The notes: generated from the sequence alone by a model not told the origin. A stretch of 64,000 bases of DNA from an uncultured bacterium (GCA_963977015.1 CAXBMO010000002.1:128001-192000); one strand, 5' to 3'. Shown: positions 19,258 to 29,407, counted from the stretch's first letter. Numbers and translations: made by a program.

Positions 19258-22200
19258 ATGAGCACGACTCGAACTTCACCGGCCAAACGACGCTACCAAG
19301 CCTACATCTCCTATCGCCGGGAAGACAACCGGCACGAGGGGAGACGTTGGGGAAATTGGCTCCAGGAAAACCTGGAGGGTTTTCGCGTGCCTCCCAAATT
19401 CGCCGGGCAACGAAATAGCCGGGAAGAAGACGCTCCGGAATCACTTTTCCCGATCTATTGCGCGACGGAACCTCATCAGGGTGAGGAACTCAGCGAAGCA
19501 AGCCTTGAGGCGCTACGAACCTCTGAGACACTGGTCGTTGTGGCCAGTCCCGAGGCGGCAAACTGCAATTTTATGCGGGAGGAGATCCGCTTTTTCAAAG
19601 AGATCGGTCGAGCCGACCGAATCGTGGTTCTGATGATCGCCGGTGAACCGCATGCCGACATTCCGACCAAGGCCGAATTTGGGATTTCCGAGAAGGATGA
19701 ATGCCTCGCCGAAGAGCTTCGCTACGGAAAGCCCCGGAAGGACGGGACGGTCAACTGGGGAGCACCGGTTGAACCGATTTGCGCCGACGTGAGAGTCGCG
19801 GCTGAAGCCGATCATCGAAAAGTCACCACCGGACAGGGCTACACCAATAAAGTTGCCTACATGACGGAACTGCTGCGTCGGGGGATTCCTGGAGCAAAGG
19901 CAGGGAAACTTGCGGATGAGTATGAGGGGCGCCTCGACCGGGCCATCCGAACGCTCGCCGCCGGAATCCTGGGGTTTCCGGCCAGGGAGGTGATCAATGA
20001 GTCCCAACTCGCAGCGGTAAAACGCTTGAAAACCGGACTGTTTGGGCTCGGGGCAGCCGCCGCCGTTCTGGCCGCGCTGGCGATCATCGGGTTCACGGGA
20101 TCTGATTCAGATTCAGCTTCGTCAGGAAATGGAGGTGTCGCTTCCGCCGCCACCAAAGAGTCCCTGAAAGCCGCCAATCAGGTCGCTGAAAAACTTCAGA
20201 ACGAAATCAACGCCATGGAGCAGGAGCTGGCCGCGAAAATCGCCCATTCCAACGCTTCCAAAACCAAACTTGAGCGAGAGCAAATCGAAACGCTGTCCGG
20301 GTTCCAACGAGGCGATCTGCCAGCCTTGGAAGTTCTCGAACAATTGGCGAAGTCCAGCCAAATCCGCTTGGAAAGCATTCCCGAACAAGATCGCAAGCCT
20401 GAGAATCAAGCCCAATTGGCGTCCCTCCTTGAAACTCGGGCAACCATTTCTCGCCACCAGGAGGATCTGAACCGGTCGCTCAGTTTTCTGGAATCCAGCC
20501 TGGCGCTGATCGAACAAAATCGTGCAGGCTATGAGAACGAGGTCAATTGGCTCTCTCGCCAGAGTGATCTTCGCCATCAGATTGGAAAAATCCGCTTTGA
20601 TCAGTCCAAATTGGATGGAGCGGAACAGGCTTTCAACATGGCTCTCGCAATCGATGAACGCCTTGCGGAACTTGAGCCCGAAGAGGTGAAATGGCGTCAG
20701 AACCTGAGCGCGGGTCAGGATTATCTCGCAAAGATTCTCAATCAGAAAGGCGGCGGAGCTGATGTCGTGATCGCGACGGAGACCACCGATTCAGCGTCCG
20801 CCCAACTGACCAGCGATGGAACGGCCCCGACCAGTTCTCCGATTCCAAATTCTGACGAAAAAGCGGCCATCGCCGAAACCCAGCAAGCCGCCGGAGATCT
20901 GGAAGGTGCCATTGCGAGCCTGGGTGAGGCCATGGAACTCGCTACGGCAGGACCGCAAAACGATCCAACCGCCCAACGAAAACTGGCGGCCTATCATCTC
21001 CATCTCGGGCGACTTTACCAGTTGGTCGAAAATTCGGAGCTCGCCCTGAAGCACGTTCGAGAGGGACTCGCGATTCAACAAACCGCAGCGTTCCATTGGA
21101 CCGGTGCACGCGAGTTGGAACATCTGGCGTGGGCGCAGATCACCGAGGCCAATCTTTCGCTCCAGAATGCAGACGCGCCGGCCGCAGTCTCGACCGCTCA
21201 GCAGGCAGTCAACACCGCGCACCAACTGATCAAAGCCGCGCCCCAATCAATCGAGGCCCATAGCCTGCTCGCAACCGCCTATGAAACCACGGCCCAAGCC
21301 CAACAAGTTCAGGGTCAATCGGGTTTGGCGGCTGGAAGCCTGGAGGCAGCGTCCGATCTCCGGAGTCAAATCGCGGCAGCTCAGCCGGCGGATCCGGCTT
21401 CTGCCAAAAAGTATGTCGAAGGCCAACTCGCCTTGACGGAACTTCATCGGAAAGAGGAGAACCTTGATGCGGCAGCAGTCGGTCTGCAAAAATTGACCCA
21501 AACCGCAGCGCGAATTTACCAGCAGAATCCGGCAAATCTGGAGTGGATCAAAGCGGCAGCCTCAGCGAGCCGGAGCCTCTCTGAAGTCCAGATTCAACGC
21601 AACGACTTGATCGGAGCCCAAAAAGCAACGGTCGATGCGATGAGCTACACGGAAAAGCTGGCAAATCTGGATCCGGAAAACCAGGAATGGCGCGCCAAGT
21701 TGCAAGCCGATTACCAGTCCCTCGGGACTTCGTATCAACGCCAGGGCAACTTCCCCCAAGCCAAGGCGATGCTGATTCGCAGCGCGGAACTTGCCCGCAC
21801 GTCGTCCTCGCAGGACGCCGCTTCGCTCTTGAACCTGCTCGGCTACGAAGAACAAATCGCGAACATCAGCCTGACGTTGCAGGAAAACGCGCTCGCCAAA
21901 GACGAGTATCTCATTGCTCTGGCAACGGCGGAACAAGTGGCCGCAGTCGAACCCGAGAACCTGCAGATCCAGGCGAAAATCGCCGAAATTTCGAAAGTGA
22001 TCGGAGATTTGGCGGCCTCCCTTGACGACGTTGAAGCGGCCGAGCAGCACTACGCCAGGTGCCTGAGCATTGCCGCAGAAAGCGCCAATCTTGCCCCCCA
22101 GGAAGATATTTGGTGGAGTCTCGCCGGCGATTGTCACAACCAACTCGGGGCGCTGCACCAGAAGCGCGGCAACCTCAGCAATGCCAAGGCCAGTTATGAA

Positions 22201-22620
22201 GCGGCGCTTCAAGCCTTCGACTATTTGGCGCAGCGACATCCCCAATTGCCGACCACCCATGCCGGAATGGCGCTGAGTTTCTTCGGAATCGGAGATGTGG
22301 CGACCAAACTCGGGAACGTCGATTTGGCGCTCCGCCGCTTCCAGGACAGTTGTCAGTTTCACCAAAAACTGGCTTCCGCAGAGCCTGAAAATGTGGATTG
22401 GCAAAGCGGAATCGCAGAATCCTCACTCCGAATCGGACAGATTTTCGCCGAAAACCGCAATCGTCGGGATGCCATCGCGTGGCTGAACAGCGCTCAGGAG
22501 CAAATCGAATTCATGCAGAAAAAGTCTCCTCTTCGCGAGCAAGACAAACTGGTGGCGAGCACCATTTCTGCGGAAATTCGCTCATTGAGCCGATTTCGCG
22601 TTTTGGGCGGCGCTCAGTAA
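19258..22620 (+). CDS. TIR domain - transmembrane - TPR repeat protein
   Basis: YQAYISYRRED...LVVVASPEAANCNFMREEIRFF TIR-like N-terminus; TM LFGLGAAAAVLAALAIIGF; many TPR-like repeats. Confidence 0.82.
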   Translation: MSTTRTSPAKRRYQAYISYRREDNRHEGRRWGNWLQENLEGFRVPPKFAGQRNSREEDAPESLFPIYCATEPHQGEELSEASLEALRTSETLVVVASPEAANCNFMREEIRFFKEIGRADRIVVLMIAGEPHADIPTKAEFGISEKDECLAEELRYGKPRKDGTVNWGAPVEPICADVRVAAEADHRKVTTGQGYTNKVAYMTELLRRGIPGAKAGKLADEYEGRLDRAIRTLAAGILGFPAREVINESQLAAVKRLKTGLFGLGAAAAVLAALAIIGFTGSDSDSASSGNGGVASAATKESLKAANQVAEKLQNEINAMEQELAAKIAHSNASKTKLEREQIETLSGFQRGDLPALEVLEQLAKSSQIRLESIPEQDRKPENQAQLASLLETRATISRHQEDLNRSLSFLESSLALIEQNRAGYENEVNWLSRQSDLRHQIGKIRFDQSKLDGAEQAFNMALAIDERLAELEPEEVKWRQNLSAGQDYLAKILNQKGGGADVVIATETTDSASAQLTSDGTAPTSSPIPNSDEKAAIAETQQAAGDLEGAIASLGEAMELATAGPQNDPTAQRKLAAYHLHLGRLYQLVENSELALKHVREGLAIQQTAAFHWTGARELEHLAWAQITEANLSLQNADAPAAVSTAQQAVNTAHQLIKAAPQSIEAHSLLATAYETTAQAQQVQGQSGLAAGSLEAASDLRSQIAAAQPADPASAKKYVEGQLALTELHRKEENLDAAAVGLQKLTQTAARIYQQNPANLEWIKAAASASRSLSEVQIQRNDLIGAQKATVDAMSYTEKLANLDPENQEWRAKLQADYQSLGTSYQRQGNFPQAKAMLIRSAELARTSSSQDAASLLNLLGYEEQIANISLTLQENALAKDEYLIALATAEQVAAVEPENLQIQAKIAEISKVIGDLAASLDDVEAAEQHYARCLSIAAESANLAPQEDIWWSLAGDCHNQLGALHQKRGNLSNAKASYEAALQAFDYLAQRHPQLPTTHAGMALSFFGIGDVATKLGNVDLALRRFQDSCQFHQKLASAEPENVDWQSGIAESSLRIGQIFAENRNRRDAIAWLNSAQEQIEFMQKKSPLREQDKLVASTISAEIRSLSRFRVLGGAQ

Positions 22621-22681
22621 CCTGTGCGGAATCCGCGCTCGACGTTTGAGTGTCGGGTGAAATGACGCTAACAGAGTCACG

Positions 22682-24541
22682 ATGGGACGAATCCGCCTCA
22701 TGCCCGATGCTCTCGCCAGCCAAGTCGCTGCTGGTGAAGTGGTCGAGCGCCCTGCCAGCGTGGTCAAGGAACTGGTCGAAAACTCGATCGACGCCGAAGC
22801 GCGCAAAATCGAAATCCGCGTTCAGGGCGGAGGGCGCACCCAAATTCGTGTCGTCGACGACGGCATTGGGATGAATCGGGATGACGCGTTGATGTGCCTG
22901 GAACGGCATGCCACGAGCAAGATTCGCACGACCGAGGATCTCGATGGGATCGCCACACTCGGTTTTCGAGGGGAAGCAATTCCCAGCATCGCGAGCGTCA
23001 GTAAATTTCGGCTGACTTCCCGGGAGAAAGACGCGCTCGTTGGCACGGAAATTTTCGTGAATGGCGGAAAACTGATCGACGTGAAGGATAGCGGAGACGC
23101 GCCGGGAACCCAGGTTGATATCCGCAGCCTGTTTTTCAACATCCCGGCCCGCCGCAAGTTCCTGCGAACCGAAAACACCGAATACAGCCACCTCGAACAG
23201 ATCGTCAAGGTGCAGGCGATCGCGCATCCGGAAGTCGGATTCACCCTCCTCCGCAATGATCGCCCCCAGTTCCAACTACCGCCGGGTAGCCAGCTCCTCG
23301 AACGCGTCCAGGGCCTGGCCGGAACCGACATCGCCGAGCGTTTGCTCAAGATCGAGCCCTACGAGGCGGATGACATCCGGGTGACCGGCTACATTGGCGG
23401 ATTCGGCATGGGGAGAAGCAATCGAAGCCTCCAACTCTCCTTCCTCAACGGACGCCCGGTCGAAGCCGCGATGCTGAATTACGCGCTTCGCGAAGGATTC
23501 CACACCGCCCTGATGAAGGGCCAATATCCGATCACCTTCCTGTTCCTGGAGATGAGCCCGTTCGCCGTTGACGTGAACGTGCATCCCGCGAAGAAGGAAG
23601 TCCGCTTTCGCGATGGCAACGCGGTGAGGGATGCGGTGATCGAAGCGGTAACGCGGACCTTGACGCGGGAACAATCCACGATTCCCGGCCAGCAGGTTCG
23701 CCAAATCGCGGCACCACAAGCCGCTCCCCCAACATCTCCCGCGTTCCAGCCGCCGTCCCAACCGAGCCTGATTCCGGAACGCGAACAAACCGCGCTCCGG
23801 CGGGATTGGCTGCAGACGCCTCCTCCCCCGAAAGACTCCGCTCAGGAAGCTCCTGCGGCTCAACCGGAGTTGCCCGCGGCTCAGGCTGAAGCACCGGAAG
23901 CGGAACCTGCGCCCATCGAACCTCCGGCGACGGAGCCCGAACCGCAAGCCACCGTTCAGGCAGAGGACTTTCGCATCATCGGGGTCCTGAAAAAGCTCTA
24001 TGTGCTGATGGAAAGCGCGGAAGGGCTCGTGTTGATGGATCAACATGCGGCTCACGAGCGCGTCCTGTTCGAGAAAATGCGCCGGCGAATGGCGAATGAA
24101 GGCGTGCCTGCGCAAAAACTGCTCATGCCGCTCACGGTCGAACTCGCCCCCAGGGATTTCGACCTCGTTCAGCAAAACCTCGAGGCGATTCAGCGGCTCG
24201 GGATCGGCGCGGAACCATTTGGGAAGAACACGCTCAAGATCGACAGCCTCCCCACTTTCTTCAAAACCGATGATCCCGCGACCTACATGAGCGAGGTGAT
24301 CGATGAACTGAAGAAGGCGAGTCGCCGCATGAGTTCCATGCGGCTGGGCGAGGACATGGTCGCGACGACAGTTTGCCGCTACGCCGTCAAGGCGAACGAC
24401 GATCTGCGTCCCCCCGAAGTGAGCAAACTCCTGGAGGACTTGCTCGACTGTGAACTGCCGTATTGCTGCCCCCATGGCCGCCCCACCCTCATTCAGATGT
24501 CGTTCGAGGAGTTGGAGAAGAAATTCGGCCGCACCGTGTAG
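22682..24541 (+). CDS. mutL: DNA mismatch repair endonuclease MutL
   Basis: AAGEVVERPASVVKELVENSIDA, GFRGEA, DVNVHPAK, DQHAAHER, CPHGRP. Confidence 0.98.
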   Translation: MGRIRLMPDALASQVAAGEVVERPASVVKELVENSIDAEARKIEIRVQGGGRTQIRVVDDGIGMNRDDALMCLERHATSKIRTTEDLDGIATLGFRGEAIPSIASVSKFRLTSREKDALVGTEIFVNGGKLIDVKDSGDAPGTQVDIRSLFFNIPARRKFLRTENTEYSHLEQIVKVQAIAHPEVGFTLLRNDRPQFQLPPGSQLLERVQGLAGTDIAERLLKIEPYEADDIRVTGYIGGFGMGRSNRSLQLSFLNGRPVEAAMLNYALREGFHTALMKGQYPITFLFLEMSPFAVDVNVHPAKKEVRFRDGNAVRDAVIEAVTRTLTREQSTIPGQQVRQIAAPQAAPPTSPAFQPPSQPSLIPEREQTALRRDWLQTPPPPKDSAQEAPAAQPELPAAQAEAPEAEPAPIEPPATEPEPQATVQAEDFRIIGVLKKLYVLMESAEGLVLMDQHAAHERVLFEKMRRRMANEGVPAQKLLMPLTVELAPRDFDLVQQNLEAIQRLGIGAEPFGKNTLKIDSLPTFFKTDDPATYMSEVIDELKKASRRMSSMRLGEDMVATTVCRYAVKANDDLRPPEVSKLLEDLLDCELPYCCPHGRPTLIQMSFEELEKKFGRTV

Positions 24542-24582
24542 CGGGTTGCACCCCGGCCAATCCACCTTCATTCTGCCTTCTC

Positions 24583-25227
24583 ATGATTGACCTCAGCCAG
24601 ATTCCCAACCTTCACGTGATCGATCATCCGTTGATCAAAACGCGAATGGCCAAATTGCGAGCTGTCGGGACGACGCCGGGCGAGTTTCGCGATCACCTGG
24701 GAACCATTGGCCGCCTCATGGCCTATCGGGTGACTGAAGACCTGCCGCTCACGGAGCTGGAAGTGGAAACTCCGCTCGAGGTCATGACCGGCCATCAACC
24801 GGCCCGCCCGGTCGTGGTCGTCTCGATACTGCGCGCGGGTTTGGGAATGGTCGAGCCGTTTCAGCAGTTGCTTCCCGAAGCCTATTTCGGCCACATTGGC
24901 TTGGCCAGAAATGAAGAAACCCTTCAACCCGAATCGTATTACTGCAAACTCCCACCGACGTTGAGCGAAGCCGATGTCTTTCTGGTCGATCCAATGTTGG
25001 CGACGGGGAACAGCAGCATCGAGGCCACGTCCCAGCTCAAGGCGGAGGGTGCATCGCGTTTGCGCCTGGTCTGCCTCGTCAGCGCTCCGGAGGGAATCCA
25101 GAAGTATCACGAGGCTCATCCCGACGTGCCCATCTATACCGCGGTCGTCGACCGTGGCTTGAATGAAAAAGGCTACATCGTTCCAGGGTTGGGCGATGCC
25201 GGGGATCGCTACTTCGGAACCCTATGA
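24583..25227 (+). CDS. upp: Uracil phosphoribosyltransferase
   Basis: ILRAGLGM, VDPMLATGNS, GYIVPGLGDAGDRYFGT. Confidence 0.97.
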   Translation: MIDLSQIPNLHVIDHPLIKTRMAKLRAVGTTPGEFRDHLGTIGRLMAYRVTEDLPLTELEVETPLEVMTGHQPARPVVVVSILRAGLGMVEPFQQLLPEAYFGHIGLARNEETLQPESYYCKLPPTLSEADVFLVDPMLATGNSSIEATSQLKAEGASRLRLVCLVSAPEGIQKYHEAHPDVPIYTAVVDRGLNEKGYIVPGLGDAGDRYFGTL

Positions 25228-25790
25228 GAACGCCAATTCATCTGGCGGACCTCTCGCCCTGCCCATTCCTCCCGCCAACGGACGAGCCGCAAACCGCAGC
25301 CGCGATGCGCAGGCATGGCAAGAACCGGGGCCCCGCATTCTACGAGGCGGCGTTGACCTGCGGACAATCGCTCTGGCTCCAGGGGCTCCCGGCCCAGGCG
25401 ATGTTGCAGATCAACCGGGCTTTTGGCGCGGACCTCGCGAGTGACGATCCCGTCCTCGAATCCTGGCCACTTCCCTACCCGGCGATGGCCTGGGTCATGG
25501 TCGAACGAACGGAAGATCAATTCATCGGCAATCCGCGTCGCCACTTTCAACATCTCGCCACCCGCATGGTCGAGCCCCGCAAGGAACTCCGGACTTGGAG
25601 AGCCTGGGCCTGTTGGTGGATGAGCCGACTGATTTTTCCGGACTATCCGGCCGATGAGGAACAGATCGCGAACGAAGGGATCGCGGAACCGACCTTTGCC
25701 GTGATTTCAGCGCAACTCGCGAAAACCGGCCATCCCGGCGAGGTCGAAATCTGGGCGTCGGTCTGCGATCAGTTGGGCGAGCGGAAGTAG
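25224..25790 (+). CDS. Hypothetical protein
   Basis: 188-aa ORF coupled to upp (ATGA overlap); Trp-rich motifs FIGNPRRHFQHLATRM, WRAWACW. Confidence 0.7.
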   Translation: MRTPIHLADLSPCPFLPPTDEPQTAAAMRRHGKNRGPAFYEAALTCGQSLWLQGLPAQAMLQINRAFGADLASDDPVLESWPLPYPAMAWVMVERTEDQFIGNPRRHFQHLATRMVEPRKELRTWRAWACWWMSRLIFPDYPADEEQIANEGIAEPTFAVISAQLAKTGHPGEVEIWASVCDQLGERK

Positions 25791-27076
25791 TCCACCGTTC
25801 CCTGGGCGGAAAACGCATCGCCAATCCGCTCCAGCGCATGCGCGTAGGCTGCCGTTCGCATGTCGATCCCGTGTTCCTGGCTCCGGTGGTAAACCGCGCG
25901 AAACTCGTCCTGCATCTTCGCCTTCAGCTTCTCGTTCACCTCTTCCTCGGTCCAATACCAGCCCGCCTTGTTCTGTACCCACTCAAAGTAGCTCACCGTC
26001 ACTCCGCCCGCGTTTGCCAGGATGTCGGGAATCACAAACGTCCCGTTTTTGTGAAGGGTCTCCCCGGCTTCGGAAGTGATGGGCCCGTTGGCCAACTCCA
26101 AAATGTTCTTTGCCCGCACCCGGCCCGCGTTTTTTGCGGTAATCACGTTCTCCAGCGCGGCCGGGATCAGGAGATCCACGTCCAGCTCCAGCAATTCCGC
26201 ATTGCTGATTTCCTCGGCGTCCAGCATCTCGCAAACGCCCTCCTTGCAATAGACCGCATCCAGGGTGCGACGGTTGTTTTTCGCATTGATCAGACTCTGA
26301 ACGTGAAACCCTTCCTCGCTGTAGATCCCGCCTTTTGAGTCGCTCACCGCAACGATCTTGTAGCCGTCGTTGTGCAGCAATCGCGCGACCGCCTGTCCCG
26401 CGTTGCCGAATCCCTGAATCGCCACCGTTACCTCGCGAGGATTCCAACTATGAATCGCCTCCATTTCCTTCAGGCAATAGTAGCCTCCCCTTCCCGTCGC
26501 CTCGCTGCGCCCCTGACTTCCTCCCAACGCAATCGGCTTTCCGGTGATCACCGCCGGGGTGTGGCGCCCGACCAGGTTGGAAAATTCATCCATCATCCAC
26601 CCCATGATCATCGCATTCGTATAAACATCAGGTGCGGGCACGTCGATCTCCGGCCCGATGAAATCCGCAATCCGCCGAATGAACCCGCGGCTCAACCGCT
26701 CCAGCTCCATGTTGGAGAGTTCCTTCGGGTTCACACAAATGCCCCCCTTCGCCCCTCCATACGGCAGATTCATCACCGCACACTTGCACGTCATCCAAAA
26801 CGCCAGCGCCTTCACCTCACTGATGTCCACATCCGGATGGTAGCGGATTCCCCCCTTGCCCGGGCCGCGCGTATCATCGTGCCGCACGCGATACCCCTTG
26901 AAAACCCGCATGGATCCGTCGTCCATCCGTACCGGCACGGACACCTCAATCACCATCTTGGGATGTTTCAGCCGTTCCAGGCCTTCTTCGTGGAGTTTCG
27001 TGTATTGAAAGGCGTGATCCAGGTTCTTAATGGCATCAGCAAAGACATCAGTGGTAGCAGGGGGATGGGAACTCAT
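25769..27076 (-). CDS. gdhA: Glutamate dehydrogenase (Glu/Leu/Phe/Val dehydrogenase)
   Basis: GPGKGGIRYHP, GGAKGG, DVPAPDV, QGFGNAG, NAGGVTVSYFEWVQN. Confidence 0.93.
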   Translation of the reverse strand: MSSHPPATTDVFADAIKNLDHAFQYTKLHEEGLERLKHPKMVIEVSVPVRMDDGSMRVFKGYRVRHDDTRGPGKGGIRYHPDVDISEVKALAFWMTCKCAVMNLPYGGAKGGICVNPKELSNMELERLSRGFIRRIADFIGPEIDVPAPDVYTNAMIMGWMMDEFSNLVGRHTPAVITGKPIALGGSQGRSEATGRGGYYCLKEMEAIHSWNPREVTVAIQGFGNAGQAVARLLHNDGYKIVAVSDSKGGIYSEEGFHVQSLINAKNNRRTLDAVYCKEGVCEMLDAEEISNAELLELDVDLLIPAALENVITAKNAGRVRAKNILELANGPITSEAGETLHKNGTFVIPDILANAGGVTVSYFEWVQNKAGWYWTEEEVNEKLKAKMQDEFRAVYHRSQEHGIDMRTAAYAHALERIGDAFSAQGTVDYFRSPN

Positions 27077-27120
27077 GGTAGGGGTTGGATTCTATCACTT
27101 CATAGACGCAACTTGGACGG

Positions 27121-27561
27121 TCAACTTTCGCCGATATCTTCATTCCACTCGTCCGGGTGGGCCGTAATGAAGGTTTGCATCAGCGCCTTGCACTCCGCGT
27201 TGTCGTTTCGCTCCAGGGTCACCCCCTTCTGCTCCAGCCAATCTTCCGCGCCCAGAAACGTCGTGCTTTCGCCGATCACCACCCTGGGAATGCCATAGAG
27301 CAGAATCGCGCCCGAGCACATCGGGCACGGGCTCAACGTCGTGTAAATCGTCGACTCCCGGTAGGTCTTTGCCGGCAATCGCCCGGCATTCTCCAGCGCA
27401 TCCATCTCCCCATGCAGCACGACGCTCCCGTTCTGCATCCGGCGATTATGGCCCCGGCCAATGATTTCGCCCTCGTGCACCAACACACTCCCGATGGGAA
27501 TCCCCCCTTCGTCGAGGCCCTTGCGCGCCTCCTCAATTGCGGCTTCAAGAAATTTGTCCAT
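27121..27561 (-). CDS. Zn-dependent nucleoside/cytosine deaminase (Fcy1-like)
   Basis: GIPIGSVL, HGEMDALENAG, LSPCPMCSGAILLYGIP. Confidence 0.9.
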   Translation of the reverse strand: MDKFLEAAIEEARKGLDEGGIPIGSVLVHEGEIIGRGHNRRMQNGSVVLHGEMDALENAGRLPAKTYRESTIYTTLSPCPMCSGAILLYGIPRVVIGESTTFLGAEDWLEQKGVTLERNDNAECKALMQTFITAHPDEWNEDIGES

Positions 27562-27592
27562 GCCACGTTCCTACCTGATTTCCCAAGCCGGC

Positions 27593-28124
27593 TCAATCAA
27601 AGATCAGGCTCTAGGGAAAAGTAGTCACGTGCGCGTTGGCCGATTGGCCTCCTGCCACTTCACGCGCTCGTCATGATGTTTCTCTTCGAGTCGTTTTAAA
27701 CGGCGACTTACAACCGAACGATTGACTGACAAGATTCCGATTCCAACAAACATAAGCGTAGGCCACACAAAGATAAATCTCGCACCTGCGGCAAAGAAAG
27801 CGGCCGCGATCAAGATTCCACCACCCAATATCAAAAATGGCATTAACAACGCACTAATCGGCGGGATCATCGCCTTCATTCGTTCATTTCGTTGTCGATT
27901 TTTTAAATCTAATTGCGTTTCCATGAATCACGATAATCTGCCCGAAATACGCCGTCAGATAATTGAAAGAATGCTTGTCTTTGTCCAGCACGAAATCGGG
28001 TGAGGGACGATCTTAGCGCAACAATAACAACGGCCCCACTCAGTGGTGGCTCGATACCGACGAAGAACCGAATTTCTCGCAAATGTGTGCACCGAACTCA
28101 CTCAATCAATCAAAGATCAGGCTC
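27593..28124. repeat. 19-bp direct repeat TCAATCAAAGATCAGGCTC flanking an AT-richer segment
   Basis: Identical copies at 27593-27611 and 28106-28124. Confidence 0.85.
27625..27924 (-). CDS. Small hypothetical membrane protein
   Basis: 99 aa with two hydrophobic segments, lying between the direct repeats. Confidence 0.5.
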   Translation of the reverse strand: METQLDLKNRQRNERMKAMIPPISALLMPFLILGGGILIAAAFFAAGARFIFVWPTLMFVGIGILSVNRSVVSRRLKRLEEKHHDERVKWQEANRPTRT

Positions 28125-28207
28125 CGTGCAAAAACACCGCGCCGGGAACGCGAACTTGCATTCTGCCGACGGCAAGCTTGTGTCCCTACCCAAATCCCTC
28201 TTACCGC

Positions 28208-29326
28208 ATGATCAAACCCCGCATTTTTCTCCTCACGCTTCTCCTCGCCACCACGTCCCCCCTTGTCGCCGCCCCAATCGACGTTTTCTTTGGCACCGGA
28301 AGCCGCGAGTCCAAGGGCATTTATCACGCCACCTTCGATCCTGAAAACGGCAAGCTTTCCGGCGCCGAACTTGCCGCGGAAATCAAGGGACCGGGATTCC
28401 TCGCCTGGCATCCCGATGGAACCAAAATTTACGCAGTTGCAGGGCTGGAAGGCGGCCCCGGCGTTGCCGGCTTTCACGTCAAACCCGAGGGAAAACTGGA
28501 GCAATTCACCAACAGCCCGATCGGCGATGGCGGCGGAGCGCATATCTCGGTGCATCCCTCCGGAAAATTCCTGCTCACCGCCCAATACGGAGGCGGTTCC
28601 GTCGCGTTCTTTCCAATCGATGCGGAGGGCAACTTGGGCGAAGCCGTGATTCATGAGCACGAAGGCGGCTCCAGGGTTGTCGATCGGCGCCAGGACTCGC
28701 CCCACCCCCACTGGTGCGGCTTCTCGCCGGACGGCAAGTTCAGCTTCACCCCGGACCTCGGCACCGACAACATCCACATCTACCAGGTCGCCCCCGACCA
28801 AAACGCGATCACCAAGCACGGTCTGGCCGCGAGTATCCCCGGCGGCGGCCCCCGGCACATGCGCTTTTCGGCAGACGGAAAGTTCATCTACCTGCTCAAC
28901 GAGCTGACCCTCTCCGTCACCACCTTTGCTTACGATGCCGCAACCGGCACCGCCAAGGCTCTCACCACCACCCCCGCCCTGGCCGATGAGGTCAAAGCGA
29001 AGGAAGGCTTTAACTCGGCAGCTGAGATCCTGATTCACCCGAACGGCAAGTTCGTCTGGTCCTCCAATCGCGGGAACGACAGCATTACCTGCTATCGCGC
29101 CGATCCGGCCACCGGGCAGCTGACGGTGACGGAAGTCGAGCCCATTCGCGGAGCCTGGCCCCGCAACATCAACATCGACCCGACCTCTCAATGGATTCTC
29201 GCCGCTGGTGCGAATTCAAACACCGTATCCGTTCACAAAATCGACCAGGAGACGGGCGAACTCACCTACCAAACACGCAGCATCATCAACGTCCCCGGTC
29301 CCATCTGCATCCTCTTTGGGAAGTAG
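28208..29326 (+). CDS. Lactonase family protein (6-phosphogluconolactonase-like 7-bladed propeller), exported
   Basis: Signal peptide; RQDSPHPH, PDLGTD, GGPRH, SNRGNDSI, WPRN motifs. Confidence 0.9.
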   Translation: MIKPRIFLLTLLLATTSPLVAAPIDVFFGTGSRESKGIYHATFDPENGKLSGAELAAEIKGPGFLAWHPDGTKIYAVAGLEGGPGVAGFHVKPEGKLEQFTNSPIGDGGGAHISVHPSGKFLLTAQYGGGSVAFFPIDAEGNLGEAVIHEHEGGSRVVDRRQDSPHPHWCGFSPDGKFSFTPDLGTDNIHIYQVAPDQNAITKHGLAASIPGGGPRHMRFSADGKFIYLLNELTLSVTTFAYDAATGTAKALTTTPALADEVKAKEGFNSAAEILIHPNGKFVWSSNRGNDSITCYRADPATGQLTVTEVEPIRGAWPRNINIDPTSQWILAAGANSNTVSVHKIDQETGELTYQTRSIINVPGPICILFGK

Positions 29327-29407
29327 ATCCGGGAAGGAGGGGTTCGGCGACAAGCGGAGTGTTCCTCATTAACGGCGATGACAGTGCAGCAGCGCTCTCC
29401 AGTTCGC

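Noticed and set aside
23690-23960. Pro/Ala/Glu-rich stretch in mutL
   Set aside because: Ordinary variable linker between the ATPase and C-terminal domains
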